64,000 nt of DNA from Gemmatales bacterium (lineage in GTDB: Bacteria > Planctomycetota > Planctomycetia > Gemmatales > HRBIN36): positions 294,014 to 358,013 of the forward strand of contig JBEPZY010000004.1 in assembly GCA_041640595.1 (NCBI GenBank), read 5' to 3'. Shown here piece by piece: positions 49,837 through 60,941 of this stretch (position 1 is the first letter of the stretch; each line of letters opens with the position of its first letter). A model generated the notes under the pieces. It worked only from the letters and a program-made list of their open reading frames with translations. It searched no databases and was not told the origin of the DNA. The position numbers and the translations under genes are program-made.

Positions 49837-50595
49837 TTATGCTGAAATTCCGCCCAGGCTCAAGCCTCCGTCCACCGTGATCACTTGTCCGGTTATATAC
49901 GCGCTATCCTCGCTGGCCAGGAAGAGGGCGACTTTGGCCACGTCTTCGGGTTTGCCCAACCGTCGCATCGGAATAGCTTTCTGGATTTGCTCCCCAGCGA
50001 CGTTACGCACCGCCTGGGTCATATCGGTCTCGATGAACCCAGGAGCAATGGCATTGACGGTGATATTGCGACTGGCCAGTTCGACGGCCAGGGCTCGGGT
50101 GAACGCATTGATCGCTCCCTTGCTGGCAGCGTAGTTGGTCTGGCCGCGGTTGGCTCGTTCCGCAGCCACGCTCGATATATTGATAATTCGTCCACGCCGA
50201 CGCCGAAACATTGGCTCGACCACCGCCCGACAGAAGTGAAATGTGCCGTGCAGGTTCGTCTGCACCACCCGGTACCACGCCTCCGGTTCCATCTGCAAAA
50301 ACAAACCATCCTGAATGACGCCGGCGTTATTGACGAGAACGTCAATCTGTCCCCAATCGGCCAGCACCTGCTCGACGCAATTCTTCACCGCCGCAAAATC
50401 GGTCACGTCCACCTGATAGGCACGCGCACACCCGCCTTTGTGAACGATACCGGCGGCAACCTGTTCAGCAGCATCCCGCTGTCCCCGGTACACGATGGCC
50501 ACGCGGGCACCTTCCGCGGCAAACAGTTCCGCTATAGCCCGACCAATGCCGCGACTCCCGCCGGTTACTATGGCCACCTGTCCGTTCAGTCGCAT
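49837..50595 (-). CDS. fabG: 3-oxoacyl-ACP reductase
   Basis: TGGSRGIG, NNAG, NYAASK, APGFIETDMT. Confidence 0.92.
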   Translation of the reverse strand: MRLNGQVAIVTGGSRGIGRAIAELFAAEGARVAIVYRGQRDAAEQVAAGIVHKGGCARAYQVDVTDFAAVKNCVEQVLADWGQIDVLVNNAGVIQDGLFLQMEPEAWYRVVQTNLHGTFHFCRAVVEPMFRRRRGRIINISSVAAERANRGQTNYAASKGAINAFTRALAVELASRNITVNAIAPGFIETDMTQAVRNVAGEQIQKAIPMRRLGKPEDVAKVALFLASEDSAYITGQVITVDGGLSLGGISA

Positions 50596-50930
50596 CCGTT
50601 TCTCCGGATTTCAGTTTTCGTGCTGCAGGGCCCGGACTGAACCAGCAGTCCGAACCGGCTACTTATCCAGGATTGAGCATTTTCTCCGAATTGCTTTATG
50701 ATACGCGCTTTGCAAGTCCCGGCCAGGCCGTCACTAATTGCGTACAGGTTTTGTCGCCCCCTGGAAATCCGGGTATAGGCCTGCCAGCCCGCAAATGGAA
50801 GCCACGCCAGCTGGCCAGCTGGCAGGTGCCAAGTCAGGTAAGTCGGCAGGCGCTGGCATGGATTGCACACTCTCCGCGGGCTGGAGTTACCCAGCCGATC
50901 CGCATATCCCAGCGAGATATTCCCGGCGAC

Positions 50931-51410
50931 TCACCGAAGCAGGAGCGCTAATTGACGCCGATATACGTTTTTCAATTCCGCGTCAAGCTCCACTCCATGA
51001 GTTAAACGGTCGGACAGATTATATCGGGCCAAGCCAATACGAGCAGAGACGGTAAGCGTTCCGTCCACCTCCCCAACTCCCTTGAGCCAGACCAGTTCCG
51101 GAGGCGAAGGAAGTCGGGAATCGGTCAGTTCGACGCTCAGGTGCAGGCATTTTCCAGGTTCGACGAAGTTTCCGTATTTTACTCCTTTTGCCTGTCTCAG
51201 AACAATTACGCTGTGGGCAAAATCTTCGCTCAGCCGCACCAGCCAGCTTCCCGCCTGAACCAGGGCTTCCAGCATCAGGACGCCTGGCATTACCGGAAAG
51301 GACGGAAAATGTTCCGCCAGATACTCCTCGGCCAGCGTGAGCTGTTTCACAGCCTGGAGCCGCTTGCCCGGCTCATAGTTGGCAATTCTGTCCAGCAGCC
51401 AGAACCGCAT
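50931..51410 (-). CDS. Second FabZ-like dehydratase
   Basis: LLDRI, LAEHFPSFPVMPGVLMLEALVQ, FVEPG. Confidence 0.88.
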   Translation of the reverse strand: MRFWLLDRIANYEPGKRLQAVKQLTLAEEYLAEHFPSFPVMPGVLMLEALVQAGSWLVRLSEDFAHSVIVLRQAKGVKYGNFVEPGKCLHLSVELTDSRLPSPPELVWLKGVGEVDGTLTVSARIGLARYNLSDRLTHGVELDAELKNVYRRQLALLLR

Positions 51411-52411
51411 GCTGCGTCAATCCTGTTTGAATCCTTCGCAAGTTCAAAGAGAACCAATATAGTCAATTTACTCGCCCAGGGCAACTGGAAAATTTCGCCG
51501 TCGAGGTCTTGCCTCTTGTGGAAAGGAAAGCCGTGCGTTCGGTTCGCCCGCGAGAGCCGACAAGGTTTTGCAACAGGGGATTAACATTCTGGCGTTCGGT
51601 CAGAGAAGACACTCGTGATTACTGGCGGCCTATCACCTTGGACCGCCGACGCTCGTTTTCAGAGCAACTTCAGTGCGCCCCGATAACCAATTGCGACCAG
51701 GAGTGGCCAGCATCCCACCATAATTTGGGGAGCGGGTCTGCAACTTACGGTACGAAAGAGATAGCTCTGCAAGTTTTGGAGCATCAGCCCGGCATAATTT
51801 GAGAAGGGGGTCTGCAACCGCAATGACTCACCTCTTGCACGGGCACGTGGCGTGTCCGGAGCGGTGCCTGGGCAGCCTGGCGTGAGGGAAAACGCAGCTG
51901 TAAATGCTGTTTGGATAGCTTCGCCGTACTGCTCCAGCGCTGCGCCGACGAAGGCCACTGCGATCGCATTGCCACAATCCCCGGTGGCCAACGGGCCCGC
52001 TCTTTTTGCGTGTGCGAATGCCTCTCTGCGGGCTAGGTGTGAAGCTCCCAGTGCATGCCGGCCCTCACGCGAGGCTGGTGCTCCTGGTTACGGTGCGAGT
52101 AACGTTGGCTGCTTGCCACCCCACCAGCGGGCCGACAGAAGCGTCTTCTGCATCCATCTACCGCGGGCCAAACAAAAAGTAGCGAGGTATAAACCGGATA
52201 ACCGATACTTTCAGTAGCCTGGCTTACCGAGAGCCAAAGGGGTACCCCTCCGCCAGAGCCACCGCATTGGCGAATCGAACTCGTTGAGTCTGCGCCGTGG
52301 TGGCTGCGGGGCGACGGTGCGGAACCGCGAATGACCGCCGGCTAGTTGTGCATCGGCTGTTTCGCGCAAAAGCGGCTCCAAAGGGTCTTCGGCGTGGAAC
52401 AGGGACTGCAC

Positions 52412-53998
52412 ATGAAAGTCCTGACTTACAGCGGGTTGCTCAGCATGATGCTTATGCTGGGCTGCTATCCGGCGGCTCTCCGCGATGCTTACGAATTGCC
52501 AGCGGAGACGGAAGCCGTCCAGGCCCTGCCGGTGACCGGGATTGAAGAAGACAAGCCGCCGCCGGGAACACCTGCGGAGACGAAAGTACCGCTGCCGAAT
52601 AGCGAAGGCAGCAGCACTCGGACATTGCCGATCAATCTGCCGACGGCGTTGCGGTTGGCGGGAGTCAATCCGCTGGATATAGCCCTGGCCAGCGAGCGGT
52701 TGCAGCAAGCCGAGGCCGAACTTCAGCGGGCGCAGGTGCTCTGGCTACCGACTATTTTCCTGGGTGCGGATTATTTTCGCCACGATGGCCGAATCCAGGA
52801 TGTAGCCGGACACCTCTTCGATACCAGCAAGCAATCGCTGATGCTGGGAGCATCACCAGGAGTGCTCTTTGCGGTAACAGATGCGATCTATGCACCACTG
52901 GTAGCCCGGCAGGTAACGGCAGCCAGACAAAGCGAACTGCAGGCGGTGCGCAACGATGTGCTGCTGGAGGTGGCGGAAGCCTATTTCGCCGTGCAGCAGG
53001 CCCGGGGCGAGGTGCTCGGTCTGGCGGCGACTCTCCAGCGCACTGAGGAGCTGGGCAAGCGGGTGGACAGACTGGTCGAGGCTGGTCTTGTCCCGGGTCT
53101 GGAACGCAGCCGCGTCACCGCTGAGATCGCCCGGCGACGCCAGGCTCTGGAAAACGCCTACGAACGCTGGAAAGTCGCCAGTGCCGAATTGAACCGCATT
53201 CTCCGGCTGGAAGCCACTGCTCTCGTCGTCCCGCTGGAACCGCCACATTGGCGAATCGAGCTCGTCGAGCCGAACCGCGGTCTCGACGATCTGGCCGCTG
53301 TCGCTTTGCGAAACCGACCGGAACTGGCGTCGCAGCGCGCTCTGGTCGAAGCCACGCTGACACAGGTACGGCAAGAACGGTGGCGACCCTTGCTTCCCAC
53401 TGTGGTGATTCGCGGAGCGGCGACGAATCCCGGCGGTACGCTGGCCGGCGGATACTTCGGCGGAGGTCTCAATGACGACCTTGGGGCGTTCGGCTGGCGC
53501 AACTCTATTGACTTTCAGCTGCTGTGGCAGTTCCAAAACCTTGGTCTGGGCAATGATGCGGTGGTGCGGCAGCAGGAAGCGGTGCATCAACAAGCCCTGC
53601 TCCAATTCTTTCGCCTGCGCGATCGGATTCTCGCCCAGGTAGTTCAGGCACACGCCCAGCTGCAAAGTGCCCTGCGACGCGTTCGACTCGCCGAAGAGGA
53701 ACTCAAGCAAGCACTGGCCACCGTACAAATCAGCCTGGAAGGAATCCAGCAAACTAAAGCGATCGGCGGGGTGCCTATTCTGGTCATCCGTCCGCAGGAA
53801 GTAGTCGCGGCCATCGGGCAACTGGACCAGGCCTATCGCGACTATTATGCCGCCGTGGCCGACATTAATCGTGCCCAATTTCGCCTCTATCACGCGTTGG
53901 GTCAGCCGGCTCAGCTCCTGATCGAGTCTGCGGTTCGTTCGGAAAAGCCCAGGTCCGAAGCGCCGGCCCACGATCAACCCGCAAAGCCCCAACCGTAA
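52412..53998 (+). CDS. TolC-family outer membrane efflux protein (probable lipoprotein)
   Basis: Lipobox-like LMLGC, LLEVAEAYF, ALRNRPEL; lies upstream of the RND and MFP genes. Confidence 0.85.
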   Translation: MKVLTYSGLLSMMLMLGCYPAALRDAYELPAETEAVQALPVTGIEEDKPPPGTPAETKVPLPNSEGSSTRTLPINLPTALRLAGVNPLDIALASERLQQAEAELQRAQVLWLPTIFLGADYFRHDGRIQDVAGHLFDTSKQSLMLGASPGVLFAVTDAIYAPLVARQVTAARQSELQAVRNDVLLEVAEAYFAVQQARGEVLGLAATLQRTEELGKRVDRLVEAGLVPGLERSRVTAEIARRRQALENAYERWKVASAELNRILRLEATALVVPLEPPHWRIELVEPNRGLDDLAAVALRNRPELASQRALVEATLTQVRQERWRPLLPTVVIRGAATNPGGTLAGGYFGGGLNDDLGAFGWRNSIDFQLLWQFQNLGLGNDAVVRQQEAVHQQALLQFFRLRDRILAQVVQAHAQLQSALRRVRLAEEELKQALATVQISLEGIQQTKAIGGVPILVIRPQEVVAAIGQLDQAYRDYYAAVADINRAQFRLYHALGQPAQLLIESAVRSEKPRSEAPAHDQPAKPQP

Positions 53999-54351
53999 TA
54001 ATCCTGCCCTGTGTCGGGTTGTTGCCCCGGGTACTGCGGGACTGGCCTCGGCTATCACAGACGCTTCCCGCACAGGTCTGTGGTGGTCGCGGACTTGGTC
54101 CCCAACAAGCAGAACCGCCGAAATCTGTGTCCGTCTCCGGTGTTGTTTTGCCAGAGGCAGAGTTATCTTCTCACCGACGCGACATGCCGTGCCTTTACCG
54201 GCGGTGAGGAAGTTTTCGCACTATAATGAACACGACTGCCGGATTTAGTGTCGATCTACCACGGGTGAACTTTGGTGCCGAGACCTGTGTAAAGAACTGC
54301 AAAGCCCGCCGCACTGACCAGCAACCTGCGATCGTTCAGGAGTGTGCTTTG

Positions 54352-57300
54352 ATGAATCCCCTGGAATTTGCCCTGCGCCGACCCATTACGATCCTGGTAA
54401 TGATGACGGGATTGGTCGGCGCCGGTTGGCTCGCCTACAACCGGATGAGAGTGGACATCTTCCCCTCGCTCAACCTCCCCGTCATCTACGTCTGCCAACC
54501 CTACGGCGGCATGGACCCGTTGCAGATGGAGGGGCTGCTCACCAACTATTACGAATACCACTTCCTGTACATCAACGGCATTCACCACGTTGAGTCGAAG
54601 AATGTGCAGGGCGTGGCGATCATGAAGTTGTTTTTCCATCCCGGCACGGACATGGCACAGGCTATGGCCGAGACAGTGGTACAGGTCAATCGTTCGCGTG
54701 CGTTCATGCCTCCGGGCGCGGTACCGCCATTCGTCATGCGCTTCGATACGGGGAGCCTGCCGGTCGGCTATCTGGTGTTATCCAGCGATCGCCTGCCGAT
54801 TGAGGAGATTCAAGATAAAGCGCTGTTCCGGGTACGGCCGATGTTTGCGTCTATTCCAGGCGTATCGGCTCCACCGCCATTCGGGGGCAGTGCACGCACC
54901 ATTGTCATTCACGCCGATCCGGATCGGCTGCGCAGTTACAATCTGTCGGCCGACGACGTGGTGCACGCCCTGATGACCGGCAACACCATCAGTCCCTCTG
55001 GCAACATTCGCACCGCGACCAGCATGCCGCTGGTTCCGGCCAACACCATGGTGCTCCGCCCGCAGGAACTTGGGGACATCGCGATTCGTCCGGGAGTGTT
55101 CCTGCGCGATGTCGCCCCGCGGATTGAAGACGCCGGCGACATCGTGACCGGTTACGCGCTGGTGAACGGCCGGCGAGCAGTGTACCTGCCGGTGACCAAA
55201 CGAGCCGATGCCAGCACGCTCGCCGTCGTCAACGCTGTCAAAGCCGAACTCCCTCGCATGCAGAGTGTTCTGGATGCTGTCACGCCTCAACCGGGCGACA
55301 TCCGGGTGCGCTTCGAATTCGACCAATCGCCCCTGGTCACCAATGCCTTGCGGGGCCTGGCTTTCGAAAGTTTGCTGGCGGCCGGACTGGTCGGGCTGAT
55401 GGTGCTGGTCTTCCTGCGCGACTGGCGCAGCGTGCTGGTGGTGATCTTCAACATCCCCCTGGCGTTGGTTGCCGCACTGATTGCCCTGGCACTTTCGGGG
55501 CAGACCATCAACCTTATGACCCTGGGCGGCCTGGCACTGGCCGTGGGTATTCTCGTGGATGAAGCAACTGTCGCTGTCGAGAATATCCATCGTCAGCTGG
55601 AAACCACCGATTCGGTGGCGCTGGCAGTTTGGCGGGGCGTGCACGAGACGCAAGTACCTCGGCTGCTGGCCATGCTTTGCGTCCTCGCCGTGTTCATTCC
55701 CGCCTTGTTCATGCGTGGCGTGGCCCAGGCCTTATTCATTCCCCTGGCGCTGGCGGTAGGCTTCGCCATGATCGCCAGCTACATTCTTTCCAGCACATTT
55801 GTTCCGGTGCTGTCGGTGTGGCTGCTGAAGAAAAACAGTAAGCATCCCGGGCCGCACACCGCGGGGGATTCGCACCCTTTGCCGTCGGATCCGGTTTTCG
55901 TTCGCGGTCTGGATCACATCCTGGGCTGGTTGCTGCGCTGGCGCAAAGCGCTAATCAGCGGATATGCGCTGGTAGCTGTGGTCGGGACGATTGCGCTGGG
56001 CAGCATTCTAGGAATGGAAATATTCCCGCCGGTGGATGCCGGGCAATTGCAATTCCGCCTCCGCGCTCCCCCGGGCACCCGTATCGAGGAAACCGAAGCG
56101 CTGGCGTGCGAAGCACTGCGGTTCATCGCCCAGGAAGTTGGACCCGACAATGTGACCATGTCTCTCGGTTACGTTGGAGCCATTCCGTCAACCTATCCGA
56201 TCAATGCCATCTATCAGTGGATGGGCGGGCCGGAGGAAGCAGTCTTGCGAATGGCCTTCCGGCGTGGGGTATTCCGCATGGAAGAACTGAAAGAGCGGCT
56301 ACGGCAAAAATTGCCTGAGCATTTGCGCTGGTGGACGGCCCAGCGATGGGTCGCTGCCGGCGAAGACCCGCAGGAAGTCGAAACGCGTTTGCGGCAACTT
56401 TCACTGGCATTTGAGCCGGCCGACTTAATCAGCGAGGTGATGAGCCTGGGTTCGCCGGCGCCGATCGAAGTCGCCGTCAGCGGACCGAAGCTGGACGACC
56501 TGCGTGCCTACGCGGAAAAGCTCCATGCTCAGCTGAGCAAAATCGCATCGCTGCGCGACCTGCGTTTCGCCCAGTCCCTCGAATATCCGACCGTTGAGGT
56601 GGTGATTGACCGACAAAAATCGGGCATGACCGGTGTCAGCGTGCAGGAGATCGCCCGATCTTTGGTAGCCGCTACTTCTTCGAGTCGGTTTCTGGTGCCG
56701 AATTTCTGGCGTGATCCGACCAGCGGCATCGGTTATCAGGTGCAGGTAGAAATTCCCCAGGCGCTGATGCGCTCCCCCAAGGATGTCGAACTGGTCCCGG
56801 TGAAAGGCAGCGGAGACGAGTCGCCCCTGCACGACACGGGAAGCTCACATCCCCTGTTGCTGCGTGATGTGGCCGAGGTTCGACCCGCGACCATGCCCGG
56901 CGAGGTGGACCGTTACAACATGCGTCGGCTGATCAGCCTGACTGCCAATATCGCGGGGGAGGACCTGGGACGTGTCCGGCAAAAAGTGTTGCGCGCCCTG
57001 GCCGCTGCCGGTAAGCCGCCCGAAGGCGTGCAGGTAGATGTTCGCGGCCAGCTGGTGCCGATGCAGGAACTCTTCGAAGGGCTGGGCTTTGGTTTGTTCG
57101 TAGCCGTGGTGGTCATCCTGCTTCTTTTGACCGGCTACTTCCAGTCGCTGCGGCTGGCGTTGACAGCGCTGGCCGTGCTGCCGGCCGTGTTATTCGGCGT
57201 GGTGCTGGCACTGCTGCTCACCCGCACCACACTGAACATCCAGTCGTTCATCGGGGCGATCATGGCGATTGGCGTGGCAGTGGCCAACGCGATCCTGCTG

Positions 57301-57702
57301 GTGGCTTTTGCTGAACAATATCGCCGCCAGGGGCACTCCGCCGAGGAGGCCGGACAACTCGGTGCTCGCAGCCGCATCCGCGCCATCGCCATGACCAGTC
57401 TCGCCATGATCGCGGGTATGCTTCCCATGGCCCTGGGTGGGAGCGAAGGCGGCGAGCAGACGGCCCCGCTGGGCCGAGCCGTCATCGGCGGACTGCTGGC
57501 CTCGTTGATTACCGCCTTGCTGGTGTTGCCGACTATTTTCGCGGTACTCATGAAGGGCGCGAGTACGGTCTCCCCTTCACTGTCGCCCACCGATCCTGCA
57601 AGTCGCTATTATGCACCAATAGACCGTCTGCAAGGAGCCATGGATGATGCTGCTGCGAACCAGACGAATCTGGCCGCGGTTAGTGGTACTGCTGGCCATT
57701 AG
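54352..57702 (+). CDS. RND efflux permease (CusA/AcrB superfamily)
   Basis: DIFP, INLMTLGGLALAVGILVDEATVAVENI, PLGRAVIGGL; AGGAG before ATG 54352. Confidence 0.93.
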   Translation: MNPLEFALRRPITILVMMTGLVGAGWLAYNRMRVDIFPSLNLPVIYVCQPYGGMDPLQMEGLLTNYYEYHFLYINGIHHVESKNVQGVAIMKLFFHPGTDMAQAMAETVVQVNRSRAFMPPGAVPPFVMRFDTGSLPVGYLVLSSDRLPIEEIQDKALFRVRPMFASIPGVSAPPPFGGSARTIVIHADPDRLRSYNLSADDVVHALMTGNTISPSGNIRTATSMPLVPANTMVLRPQELGDIAIRPGVFLRDVAPRIEDAGDIVTGYALVNGRRAVYLPVTKRADASTLAVVNAVKAELPRMQSVLDAVTPQPGDIRVRFEFDQSPLVTNALRGLAFESLLAAGLVGLMVLVFLRDWRSVLVVIFNIPLALVAALIALALSGQTINLMTLGGLALAVGILVDEATVAVENIHRQLETTDSVALAVWRGVHETQVPRLLAMLCVLAVFIPALFMRGVAQALFIPLALAVGFAMIASYILSSTFVPVLSVWLLKKNSKHPGPHTAGDSHPLPSDPVFVRGLDHILGWLLRWRKALISGYALVAVVGTIALGSILGMEIFPPVDAGQLQFRLRAPPGTRIEETEALACEALRFIAQEVGPDNVTMSLGYVGAIPSTYPINAIYQWMGGPEEAVLRMAFRRGVFRMEELKERLRQKLPEHLRWWTAQRWVAAGEDPQEVETRLRQLSLAFEPADLISEVMSLGSPAPIEVAVSGPKLDDLRAYAEKLHAQLSKIASLRDLRFAQSLEYPTVEVVIDRQKSGMTGVSVQEIARSLVAATSSSRFLVPNFWRDPTSGIGYQVQVEIPQALMRSPKDVELVPVKGSGDESPLHDTGSSHPLLLRDVAEVRPATMPGEVDRYNMRRLISLTANIAGEDLGRVRQKVLRALAAAGKPPEGVQVDVRGQLVPMQELFEGLGFGLFVAVVVILLLLTGYFQSLRLALTALAVLPAVLFGVVLALLLTRTTLNIQSFIGAIMAIGVAVANAILLVAFAEQYRRQGHSAEEAGQLGARSRIRAIAMTSLAMIAGMLPMALGGSEGGEQTAPLGRAVIGGLLASLITALLVLPTIFAVLMKGASTVSPSLSPTDPASRYYAPIDRLQGAMDDAAANQTNLAAVSGTAGH

Positions 57703-58957
57703 CTACCTGGCTAGCGGTTGCCACCGCAGCACGGCCGAACCCACTCCTCAGGATACCTCGCCAAGGGATGCCAGCGTCCCCGTGATCTCTCCGCAGCGAC
57801 GCAGCCTGGAAATTACCGTCGAACAACCGGGCAGCATCTACCCCTACGAGGAGACCTACCTGTTTGCTCGCGTGGCAGGCTATGTCAAACAGGTGCACGC
57901 GGACATTGGCCAGAGGGTGCATGCCGGGCAAGTGCTGGCGGAAATTGATGTGCCGGACCTGCTGGCCGAGGCCAACCACAAGCGGGCCCTGCTCCGTCAG
58001 ACGGAGGCCGAAGCCGAGCAGGCACGTAAAGCGGTAGCCGCTGCCGAGGCCAATATAGTGGTCGCCGAAGGAGCGGTTTTGCAGGCCCGCGCCACATTGC
58101 AACGCTGGCAAACGGAACACCGGCGTGTTACCCGACTGGTACAAAGCGGCAGCCTGGACGCCCAGACCCGCGATGAAATCAACAACCAGCTCCAAGCTGC
58201 CGAGGCACAATTGCTCGCCAGCGAGGCAGCCGTTCGCAAAGCCAAAGCGGATCACCAAAAGGCCCAGGCCGAGCTCGCAACAGCACTGGCACGCGTAGCC
58301 GTGACTCAGGCCGAAGTGCGTCGGCTGGAGACTTTGCTCGGTTTTGCCGCCATTCAGTCGCCGTTCGACGGCATCGTCACCCGCCGGCAGGTCAACACCG
58401 GGGATTTCGTTCAGCCGAATCAGAACGCCAACCGCTGGCTGTTCAGCGTGGCCCGGCTGGACCCGGTACGCGTGGCGATCTACGTTCCGGAAACCGAGGC
58501 GGCCCTGGTACACGAGAAGACACCGGTCGTCCTGTGGATCAAAGCCGCCCAGAACGAACCCATCCACGCCACGGTCAGTCGCATTTCCTGGTCCCTGGAG
58601 CCGGGGCCACGCACGCTGCGAGCGGAAGTGGATTTGCCGAATCCCGACGGACGATTCCGCCCGGGCATGTACGTCTCAGCGCAGCTGCGCCCACGCACAC
58701 CGGAAGTGCTCACGCTGCCACGTTCCGCGTTGATTCTGCGAGGCAGGGAAACCGCCTGTTTCCTGGTTCAGAGCCAGCGCGCTGTCCGTGTCGCTGTTCG
58801 CACCGGTCGCAGTGATGGCCAGTACGTCGAGGTGCTGCAATGGCAGCCGCCGGGTGGCGATGACAAATGGGTCAACTTCACCGGCCAGGAGCTGGTGGCG
58901 GCTTCGACGACCGGTCTGTCTGATGGCCAGCCGGTGCAGCTCGCTTCTGCGCGATAG
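57644..58957 (+). CDS. RND periplasmic adaptor (membrane fusion protein)
   Basis: Lipobox LASGC, ARVAGYV...GQVLAEI, ISPFDG-like motif, FRPGMYV. Confidence 0.92.
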   Translation: MMLLRTRRIWPRLVVLLAISYLASGCHRSTAEPTPQDTSPRDASVPVISPQRRSLEITVEQPGSIYPYEETYLFARVAGYVKQVHADIGQRVHAGQVLAEIDVPDLLAEANHKRALLRQTEAEAEQARKAVAAAEANIVVAEGAVLQARATLQRWQTEHRRVTRLVQSGSLDAQTRDEINNQLQAAEAQLLASEAAVRKAKADHQKAQAELATALARVAVTQAEVRRLETLLGFAAIQSPFDGIVTRRQVNTGDFVQPNQNANRWLFSVARLDPVRVAIYVPETEAALVHEKTPVVLWIKAAQNEPIHATVSRISWSLEPGPRTLRAEVDLPNPDGRFRPGMYVSAQLRPRTPEVLTLPRSALILRGRETACFLVQSQRAVRVAVRTGRSDGQYVEVLQWQPPGGDDKWVNFTGQELVAASTTGLSDGQPVQLASAR

Positions 58958-59349
58958 ACCGGCACCGGAACCTCAGTCGCTTCACCAGAACTCGATTGCC
59001 CTGGCGCGGCAACTGCCCGGTTTGCAATCAACCATCGTCATCGCGGGGCACAGTTGCGCTGCACGGGCATTCGCTCATCGCAGCCGCAAATGGTCTCTAG
59101 TTAGCAAGAATGCGCAGGGTGTGCGCTTCACCGTTGACTGCCACGACACTGGCGTTCCTGGTCGGTTTAGCGATGGTGCAGGAGGTGTGCTCTTCACCTG
59201 GCCTCGACACACCTGTACGGGTGCGAAAAACGGAAAACCAACCATCTGACCGACTCAGAAACCGCCACTCTGGCCCGTTCGCCACCGTGGGTTGTTGACG
59301 CTTGCCGCTCCCTGGCGCATTTGCCGGTGCCCCAACCCGCGACCGTTCC

Positions 59350-60654
59350 TTAACCGCCGACCGTGGGTTTATCAGGAAGTTCGGCGGCGAGGGTGCCGCG
59401 CATGGTCAGCGACAGCAGCAGGGCCAGCAGCAACAGAGCAGCGGCGGCGTAGTACGGAAGCTGATGCGAACCGTGTTTCGGGCCGTATAAAGAATTGCCC
59501 AGCACCGGGCCGAGGATGCGGCTCAGCGAGGCCGCCGATTGATTCACGCCCAGTATCTGCCCCTGGCGATCGGCAGGAGCATTGCGCGAAACCAGCGATT
59601 GCAGCGAAGGCGTGCAAAATGCAAATCCACTCACCGCCAGCGCCAGGGCGAGCAGGGTGATGACCAGCGACGTACCAGCCTGCCACCAGACCATGACCAG
59701 CAGAGCCGTTATCAGCAGCCCGATGCCCGCACGCACCATCGTAACCTCTCCGATCCGCGACACCAGCGGCCGAACTATCAGCCCCTGCACGAGCATGAGA
59801 ATCACACCGACATAGGCAAAAAGCAGGCAAATCCGCGTTTGCCGACTGGTCAACGAAACGCCCAGCAGCACCGGCCCGGTAGCGGTATGGGTATCAGCAA
59901 AAATTTCGTCCTGAGCATAGCGAGCCAGGATGGATTCGAAGCTGGCAAACGCCAGGGTTACCAGAAAGAACACGGCAATTGGCAGGGCAGTCGTTTGGCG
60001 CGACAGGGCAATTCGCCATCCTTCGGCAGGCCACCAGCTCCGCGCTGCCGACACTCCTTCCCGCCTAGTCTCCGGTAACAGGAACCAGGCCAGGAGCAGT
60101 GCGGCGAACGAAAGCATGGCGGCCAATAAGCCCGGAACAACGCTCGGCTCGTCCCCTTCGCGGGCCAGCGAAATCGCTCCGAGCACGGGCCCGATGGTGA
60201 AACCGATGCCAAACGCCATGCCCACTAGAGCCATGCCAGCTGCACGTTGCTCTGAAGGAGTGCAATCGGCAATCACCGCCTGGGCTGTGCCGATGGTCGC
60301 CCCGCAGATCCCCGCTCCAATCCGTGCTACAAAGAGCAGCACCACGCTTTTCCACGCCGAGGCCAGCGCAAACAGAGAGTAAAACACGACCGAACCCAGC
60401 AAACCAATCAGCAGGACCGGCCGGCGACCTATCCGATCCGAGAGCCGTCCCCACAACGGGGCAAACAAAAATTGCATCGTGGAGAACGACGCCATCAGTA
60501 GCCCGATCAGCACATTGCGCGTCAGCGTGTCGAACAGCGGAAAAATACGGTCGGCGTAAACCGGCAACAACGGTAACACCAGACCAAACCCCAGCAGGTC
60601 AATGGCCACGGTGACGAAAGCCACCAGCATGGGGCCGCGTGTTTTTCCTGGCAT
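59350..60654 (-). CDS. MFS transporter (TetA/DHA1-like)
   Basis: WGRLSDRIGRRPVL motif A and multiple TM helices. Confidence 0.92.
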   Translation of the reverse strand: MPGKTRGPMLVAFVTVAIDLLGFGLVLPLLPVYADRIFPLFDTLTRNVLIGLLMASFSTMQFLFAPLWGRLSDRIGRRPVLLIGLLGSVVFYSLFALASAWKSVVLLFVARIGAGICGATIGTAQAVIADCTPSEQRAAGMALVGMAFGIGFTIGPVLGAISLAREGDEPSVVPGLLAAMLSFAALLLAWFLLPETRREGVSAARSWWPAEGWRIALSRQTTALPIAVFFLVTLAFASFESILARYAQDEIFADTHTATGPVLLGVSLTSRQTRICLLFAYVGVILMLVQGLIVRPLVSRIGEVTMVRAGIGLLITALLVMVWWQAGTSLVITLLALALAVSGFAFCTPSLQSLVSRNAPADRQGQILGVNQSAASLSRILGPVLGNSLYGPKHGSHQLPYYAAAALLLLALLLSLTMRGTLAAELPDKPTVGG

Positions 60655-60941
60655 TGCCAATCCTCAGTCCGTTTCGATGATCCCGCCCGGCAGCGCTTGC
60701 CTTCGCGCAGCACGTCTTCTGATAAGACCGATGAACAGTTAGAATATACCGGCAAGGGGCAACCTGCACTGGCACGAAACCCAACTGACTTGCGATCTTA
60801 CTTATAGCGAAGCTGTCCTGGTGAACGAAGAGCCGGCGATTGGATTGATTTCTGGCGGTCTGGCTTGCCGCGATCCCGGCTGCTGGGCCGGCAAGGCATT
60901 ATCCCGCTGATGCTTCTTTTTGACACTCGAGGCCAACACGC

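Noticed and set aside
59260..59370. Possible period-76 duplication at the MFS stop (similar weak pairs at 35111/35185 and 32009/32082)
   Set aside because: Matches too short or too mismatched to separate from chance by eye.
60770..60794. Sigma-54 promoter at TGGCAC
   Set aside because: TTGC is not at the required spacing.
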